The notes under the pieces were generated by a model. That model saw only the letters and a program-made list of their open reading frames with translations, searched no databases and was not told the DNA's origin. From assembly GCA_016214555.1 (NCBI GenBank), contig JACROF010000016.1:633-64632 (forward strand): a DNA stretch of 64,000 bases. Direction: 5' to 3'. Positions 59,158 to 64,000 of the stretch are shown in pieces (the stretch's first letter is position 1; each line of letters starts with the position of its first letter). A program made the translations under genes and the position numbers. This stretch comes from Candidatus Levyibacteriota bacterium (GTDB lineage Bacteria; Patescibacteriota; Microgenomatia; Levybacterales; UBA12049).

Positions 59158-59223
59158 CTTAGTTTTTATCCATCCAATCTCCTCTTTGCTATCAAGCTTG
59201 AACCCTTTGATATAATCATTCTT

Positions 59224-59640
59224 ATGAATATGTTCAAGTCTGTTAAGGCAAAGTCGAGTCAGCAATATTTCAATGCTTTACCTCAAGAACGAAGAGAAAT
59301 AATGACATTTTTAGATACTTTTATTAAAGAAAATGCTCCCAGTCTCAAGCCAAACTTTCTCTATAATATGCCAGGTTATGGTAGTTTTAAATACAAAAAC
59401 TACAAAAAAGAAATCATTGATTGGCCAACAATCGCAGTAGCGAGTCAAAAAAATTATGTCAGTTTGTACATTTGTGCAGTCGATGAGAAAGGGTATATAG
59501 CAGAGCAGTACAAAGAAGATTTAGGGAAAGTCAGTGTTGGAAAAAGCTGTATTCGCTTTAAAAAACTTGAGGACATAAATTTGGATACATTAAAAAGAAT
59601 ACTAAAATTGGCAGAAAAATCTCCAGGCCTAGTTCTTTAG
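59224..59640 (+). CDS. DUF1801 family protein
   Basis: MPGYG..ASQKNYVSLY..GKSCIRFKK. Confidence 0.85.
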   Translation: MNMFKSVKAKSSQQYFNALPQERREIMTFLDTFIKENAPSLKPNFLYNMPGYGSFKYKNYKKEIIDWPTIAVASQKNYVSLYICAVDEKGYIAEQYKEDLGKVSVGKSCIRFKKLEDINLDTLKRILKLAEKSPGLVL

Positions 59641-59727
59641 GCAATAATTGAATATACGTATCGTTTTTGCTATGATCCACCCGACAGGAAGGTTTTCTGT
59701 CACGATCTTTTACACAGGAGTTATCTA

Positions 59728-60072
59728 ATGGATGGCCAAAATCAGCCCTCACAGGCAGATCTTATTCGGCAATGGATGGAGATTGCCACGAAGTACATTC
59801 GAGGTAGTTTGCCACGAGATATGACCGATAGTCAGGCGCATGATATGCGCATCATGGATGCGATTGTTCAGGCGATGCCTGGTGTGCAGGCTCGAATAGA
59901 TGTTTCTTATCGTTACCACTGCAACAACTGCGGTAAAGACTTTGAGAATCTCAAAGAGGTATACATCGGCGACCTTCACAAATCAGATTGGGCAGAGGTA
60001 TGTCCAAAATGTGGCAATGGAACACATGTGATAGTTGAGAATGTTTCAACAGACGCTTTGCCTTCAAGTTGA
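59728..60072 (+). CDS. Hypothetical protein with Zn ribbon
   Basis: YHCNNCGKDFE..CPKCG; AGGAG SD. Confidence 0.6.
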   Translation: MDGQNQPSQADLIRQWMEIATKYIRGSLPRDMTDSQAHDMRIMDAIVQAMPGVQARIDVSYRYHCNNCGKDFENLKEVYIGDLHKSDWAEVCPKCGNGTHVIVENVSTDALPSS

Positions 60073-60083
60073 AAGGAAAGTTC

Positions 60084-60302
60084 ATGTCACAGGGCAATCT
60101 GAAACCTAATGTGGATGTCACAGAAGTTGAGGCAGAAGGAGGGCAAATTCTCAAAATTTCCTCAAAGTGGGGAATTGGATCTGATGGCAGACTTGCCAAA
60201 CCATCTGAAGGAGGATTTGGTGTCGTGACAGAAAATGGTCGTCGTATCGGCATGTGGGACGCACAGCGATACTTTAAGGAAGAGGGAGACAGCAATGGCT
60301 GA
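60084..60302 (+). CDS. Small hypothetical protein
   Basis: ATG 60084 after AAAGGA; coupled to next ORF. Confidence 0.55.
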   Translation: MSQGNLKPNVDVTEVEAEGGQILKISSKWGIGSDGRLAKPSEGGFGVVTENGRRIGMWDAQRYFKEEGDSNG

Positions 60303-60495
60303 TGAAAATCTGATCAAAGCTGTTGAGCAAGTCTTTGATGCGACACAGCAAGGCGTGATCAGAGATGCTTGCAGGAAAGCTCTTACTGTTCGTACAGACG
60401 AATCGATGCGAGCAGCACTCATCACAACTCGTGAGAGCGCTGCCACATGGGTAGCTAAGGGTATTGCCAACCGAGCGCTTGGATTTGAGCAGTAG
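60295..60495 (+). CDS. Small hypothetical protein
   Basis: ATG 60295 after GGGAG; hairpin TCACCGG/CCGGTGA plus T-run at 60524-60551. Confidence 0.55.
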   Translation: MADENLIKAVEQVFDATQQGVIRDACRKALTVRTDESMRAALITTRESAATWVAKGIANRALGFEQ

Positions 60496-60615
60496 CATAC
60501 TGTCGTTGAGGGCAACCTCTCATTCACCGGAACGTTAAGCCGGTGATTTTTCTTACTTGTGGCATACCGTTAAGCATCACAATAGAGTATATGCATTTGG
60601 TATAATAGATAAGAA

Positions 60616-60921
60616 ATGACAAAGAAGCCATTTATTAATGCTTTCGCAGCAACGCTCTATATAGTAGCAGTTGCTTCATTTATGTTTTATGGAAGCAAGT
60701 TGTTTGGCCCTGAAGACTCTGTGCTTGCTCCAGTTGCGATGCTTTCTCTTTTTACGTTATCTGCTGCTATCATGGGATATCTTTTTCTTTATCAACCTCT
60801 CCTGCTTTTTCTGGATGGGAAAAAGAAAAACGCAGTTAACTTTTTTCTTCAAACCGTTGCTGTTTTTGCGGGAACTACGGTACTAATCTTTATTTTGCTC
60901 CTCTCAGGCATCTTCAAATAG
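60616..60921 (+). CDS. Small 3-TM membrane protein
   Basis: Hydrophobic ORF after TATAAT. Confidence 0.75.
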   Translation: MTKKPFINAFAATLYIVAVASFMFYGSKLFGPEDSVLAPVAMLSLFTLSAAIMGYLFLYQPLLLFLDGKKKNAVNFFLQTVAVFAGTTVLIFILLLSGIFK

Positions 60922-61032
60922 TTGATACTATGTTCTAGTGCCTCTTTTCTATAGCCTATCGAGCTAAGGAGGTATTTGTCATTATTGATTCATATCACAG
61001 AAATCCTACTAGAACTTGTTTAAAATTATCTT

Positions 61033-61191
61033 ATGAAAATTAATGCTGACTGGCATGAGAAAAACAAAATGCCAAAAAATTCAACGCTAGACCAAAGAGT
61101 GGCTTGGCATATGGCTCATGCAAAACATTGTAAGTGTCGTCCTCTTGGTGGAAAAATTTTAGAAGAAATAAAAAAGAGGGAATTGCTATGA
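61033..61191 (+). CDS. 52-aa His/Cys-containing small protein (not in ORF track)
   Basis: MKINADWHEKNKMPKNSTLDQRVAWHMAHAKHCKCRPLGGKILEEIKKRELL; ATGA overlap with next gene. Confidence 0.65.
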   Translation: MKINADWHEKNKMPKNSTLDQRVAWHMAHAKHCKCRPLGGKILEEIKKRELL

Positions 61192-61565
61192 CAAGAACAT
61201 TTTTTAAAGACGCGATTTTATGGGGTTTTTTCCTCTGGTTTGTCGGCTATATTCTTGGAATATTTCTATTTATGGTTGTTCCAAAAGATCTGCTTGGGTG
61301 GATTATTATGCCAATGGGAATACTGATAACATTGTGGGTGCTTGTAAAGAAAGTAAAAGGAATATCATTTCAGTATTATTTTTTACTTGCTTTGTTTTGG
61401 GTTTTGTTAGCAATTGTATGCGACTATTTTTTTCTCGTTAAAGTATTCAAACCAACGGATGGATATTATAAAGTTGATGTCTATATCTATTATCTTTTGA
61501 CATGCATCCTTCCCCTTTTTATTGGTTGGAGAAAAACTCTGATGAAAGAGAAAAAGCATCTATGA
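61188..61565 (+). CDS. 4-TM membrane protein
   Basis: ATGA-coupled on both sides. Confidence 0.75.
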   Translation: MTRTFFKDAILWGFFLWFVGYILGIFLFMVVPKDLLGWIIMPMGILITLWVLVKKVKGISFQYYFLLALFWVLLAIVCDYFFLVKVFKPTDGYYKVDVYIYYLLTCILPLFIGWRKTLMKEKKHL

Positions 61566-62053
61566 ATTTTTTATCTGAAAACAATCTTTGGAATTTTCTT
61601 AGACTCTCGATTGCAAGTATTATGCTTTGGGCATTTTTTGACAAATTATTAGGTCTTGGATTTGCAACCATGCCTGATAAGTCATGGATTGTTGGGGTCT
61701 CTCCAACTGCAGGATTTCTCGCTTTTGCACCTGATGGTGTCTTTGCTTCATTTTTTCATAGCCTTTCAGGAAATGGGATAGTTGATATTCTTTTTATGTC
61801 AGGGTTGTTGTTGGTCGGCTTGTGTTTGGCACTAGGAATTGGAATAAGGGTAGCATGTATGAGCGGTTCTCTGATGATGTTTTTTATCTACCTATCTCTT
61901 TTTCCACCGGAAAATAATCCTCTTATTGATGAACATATCGTGTATATTATTGCCTTTTTACTTTTGGCGCATAGAAGTACAAAACAGAATTTTTTCCTGC
62001 ATAACAAATGGAAAAAAGTAGCTATTGTTAAGCAACACCCCATACTGGCCTGA
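61562..62053 (+). CDS. DoxX family membrane protein
   Basis: LRL..LWAFFDKLLGLG, NPLIDEHIVY. Confidence 0.85.
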   Translation: MNFLSENNLWNFLRLSIASIMLWAFFDKLLGLGFATMPDKSWIVGVSPTAGFLAFAPDGVFASFFHSLSGNGIVDILFMSGLLLVGLCLALGIGIRVACMSGSLMMFFIYLSLFPPENNPLIDEHIVYIIAFLLLAHRSTKQNFFLHNKWKKVAIVKQHPILA

Positions 62054-62179
62054 GTTCGTGTGTAAAGGTGGCCTATAATATTGATTTTAAGATTTGTTTA
62101 GTATATACTGCTTGCTACAAAGCACCTGTATTTTGATGCAACGCGCATCAGGATATTTTGCATACAAAGGAGGTTTTTT

Positions 62180-62356
62180 TTGAAAAAGCTCTGGGACAAC
62201 CTTGAATTTCTCGTTCTTGCATTCGTCTTGCTCATAATCGGCTATGGGATAGCAACTCACGACAATGATAAATCATTTCGTCTTTCGTGTGTTCCCATCG
62301 AGACTACCGTAACGCCGGTTTCAGGCGTAGAGCTTGACTGCACGAAGGTCAAGTAG
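62180..62356 (+). CDS. 58-aa single-TM protein (not in ORF track)
   Basis: AAGGAGG SD, TTG start, TM, two Cys. Confidence 0.5.
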   Translation: MKKLWDNLEFLVLAFVLLIIGYGIATHDNDKSFRLSCVPIETTVTPVSGVELDCTKVK

Positions 62357-62368
62357 AAGGAGAAATCA

Positions 62369-62569
62369 GTGGAAGAAAAGTGTCCGAGTTGTAATAGGCC
62401 GATTGTCCCTAACAACAGCAACTGTCGGAAGTGTGAGCAGGTCTATACGCACTGCCAACACTGCGGAAGTAACTTCCGACAAATCGCGCCTGTCCCATTG
62501 GTTGGGCTAAAAGGCGAAATGCTTTTTGGCCCTGTCACATTTTGTACAGGATGTTTAGCTCTCTATTAG
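62369..62569 (+). CDS. Small multi-CxxC Zn-ribbon protein
   Basis: Four CxxC motifs; AAGGAG SD; terminator 62578-62608. Confidence 0.55.
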   Translation: MEEKCPSCNRPIVPNNSNCRKCEQVYTHCQHCGSNFRQIAPVPLVGLKGEMLFGPVTFCTGCLALY

Positions 62570-62639
62570 TCATTTTTGCCGCCAGCGATTACATCAAGGC
62601 GGCTTTTTCATGGGAAGAACCTTCTGCTATACTCAGAAT

Positions 62640-62993
62640 ATGAAAAAAGCTACGAGTGTTGATGAATATATTTCTACAGCACCCAAAGATATTCAAGAAA
62701 AATTACAGCAAATACGACAACTTATCAAAGAAGTAGCACCAGATGCAATAGAAAAAATCAGTTACGGTATGCCCTATTATGGCTACAAAGGGCGTCTCGT
62801 CTATTTTGCTTATGCTAAAAATCACATCGGACTTTATGCGATGCCAAGTTATTTAGAGGGGTATGCATCAGAGATACAAAAATATCGTACTGGTAAAGCA
62901 ACGCTCAGTTTTCCCCTTGATAAAGAATTACCTCTTAAGCTTATTAGAGAGCTTATCAAAGAAGGCGTCAAACACAATGAAAAGAAAAAATAA
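62640..62993 (+). CDS. DUF1801 (YdhG-like) protein
   Basis: VDEYI..EKISYGMPYY..HIGLY..FPLDKELP. Confidence 0.88.
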   Translation: MKKATSVDEYISTAPKDIQEKLQQIRQLIKEVAPDAIEKISYGMPYYGYKGRLVYFAYAKNHIGLYAMPSYLEGYASEIQKYRTGKATLSFPLDKELPLKLIRELIKEGVKHNEKKK

Positions 62994-63017
62994 GCGATTG
63001 TATGCTACAATGCATGT

Positions 63018-63140
63018 ATGGCAAAACGACCAAGAGCACTCGGCAATAGAAAAAAATCTCATCCTCACAAAACAAAAAAGCGTTTGGAAGCAAAGCGTGT
63101 GATGCTAGAAGCAAAGAAAAATAAGAGAAAAAGCAAATAG
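63018..63140 (+). CDS. 40-aa highly basic protein (not in ORF track)
   Basis: TG-C-TACAAT then 6 nt then ATG; MAKRPRALGNRKKSHPHKTKKRLEAKRVMLEAKKNKRKSK. Confidence 0.6.
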   Translation: MAKRPRALGNRKKSHPHKTKKRLEAKRVMLEAKKNKRKSK

Positions 63141-63158
63141 AGCCAACCTCAAAGGGTG

Positions 63159-63629
63159 TCAGTTTTCGTCGTGGGCCTTCTGAAGATCTTCAACAATAAT
63201 TTTTTTCATCTTAAGCATTGCCTGCATAACAGCATTTGATTTTTTAGGATCTGGATCACTCATCAGTTCATTTAGTTGTCTTGGAACAACTTGCCATGAG
63301 ACGCCAAATTTGTCCTTGAGCCATCCACACTGACTTTCTATTCCCCCATCAGCAGTGAGCGCATTCCAATAATAATCTACCTCTTCTTGATCCTTGCAGT
63401 CGATAACAAAAGAAATTGCTTCATTAAATTTGAATTCTGGTCCAGCACTCATGAGTGTAAAATCCTGACCAAAAAGTTCGATAGTGACGATGTCTACTTG
63501 TCCAGATGGGGTGTCATCAAATGTTTGAATAGGGGTTTTGATTGTTGCTTCTTTAAAGATCTCCGTATAAAATTTCGCAGCTTGTTTCGCCTGCTTATCA
63601 AACCATAAAAAGGGGGTGATTTTCTGCGT
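63159..63629 (-). CDS. VOC family protein; expected start codon reads ACG
   Basis: Frame extends past annotated ATG to ACG-QKITPFLWFD; CGWLKDKFGVSWQ. Confidence 0.75.
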   Translation of the reverse strand, partial: TQKITPFLWFDKQAKQAAKFYTEIFKEATIKTPIQTFDDTPSGQVDIVTIELFGQDFTLMSAGPEFKFNEAISFVIDCKDQEEVDYYWNALTADGGIESQCGWLKDKFGVSWQVVPRQLNELMSDPDPKKSNAVMQAMLKMKKIIVEDLQKAHDEN

Positions 63630-63673
63630 AAGAGATTTGCTTCTTAAGCTGTTCGTATGTTATAACAACCCAA

Positions 63674-64000
63674 ATGGTAACCGCAGAAAGAAAAACAATT
63701 GAAGAGCGCGGACAGGAAATGGCTGCTGTAAAAAGAGCAAGAATGCAGACAGGGGGAGAGAGGGTTTATCCTTTTGTCCGATTGAAGCATAAAGACATCT
63801 TGCATCTTCCCCGTCTAGCAACTGGCGAATCAGGATTTCCTAGAAATCGATTTGAGGAAGATCTTCGTTTTCATCCTACGAATGGGGAAATTTATTCAAC
63901 GAGGTGGGCTCATTTGCATACAGATGTTGATGAATATGGTGTTCGATCAATCGACGATCCTTATGACTATACATACATCAATGGGCCTAGCCCATATTAT
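63674..64000 (+). CDS. Hypothetical protein, 3'-truncated by window edge
   Basis: Open frame MVTAERKTIEERGQEM.. runs to end of window. Confidence 0.55.
   Translation, partial: MVTAERKTIEERGQEMAAVKRARMQTGGERVYPFVRLKHKDILHLPRLATGESGFPRNRFEEDLRFHPTNGEIYSTRWAHLHTDVDEYGVRSIDDPYDYTYINGPSPYY

Noticed and set aside
1-64000. Alternative genetic code (UGA recoding as in Gracilibacteria/Absconditabacteria)
   Set aside because: Conserved genes such as gap and rpe end at TGA, and long ORFs are intact under code 11

Overview
Chromosomal window from a low-GC, reduced-genome bacterium using genetic code 11. The gene set and style suggest Patescibacteria/CPR, most likely Microgenomates; this is inference, not a database result. 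Housekeeping genes include smpB with tmRNA, pfkB-rpiB-rpe, two class A PBPs, gap, a cmk-like kinase, nrdR-nrdJ, guaB, dnaG-rpoD, comF, an ftsB-like gene, a Xer-like recombinase, and VirB6- and VirD4-like proteins. There are nine tRNAs: all four Ser isoacceptors, Arg-GCG, Ile-UAU, a degenerate fMet, Met and Asn. A B12 salvage cluster carries two cobalamin riboswitches, and a stretch of small accessory genes follows tRNA-Asn. Most notable: (1) short CTTCG/CTACG-type palindromic elements and tRNA-end duplications sit at tRNA/tmRNA ends and inside a riboswitch, with standalone GIY-YIG nuclease genes just downstream of two of these RNA 3' ends, a candidate nuclease-plus-repeat system; (2) a second B12 riboswitch lies in front of an orphan Cys-rich protein; (3) the translation apparatus is non-standard (Ile-UAU, Arg-GCG, an initiator tRNA lacking the 3 G-C pairs, a 32-codon tmRNA tag, many apparently leaderless genes); (4) SD-led orphan cassettes with their own terminators are interspersed among leaderless core genes. 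All protein family calls come from motif recognition by eye; no searches were run.
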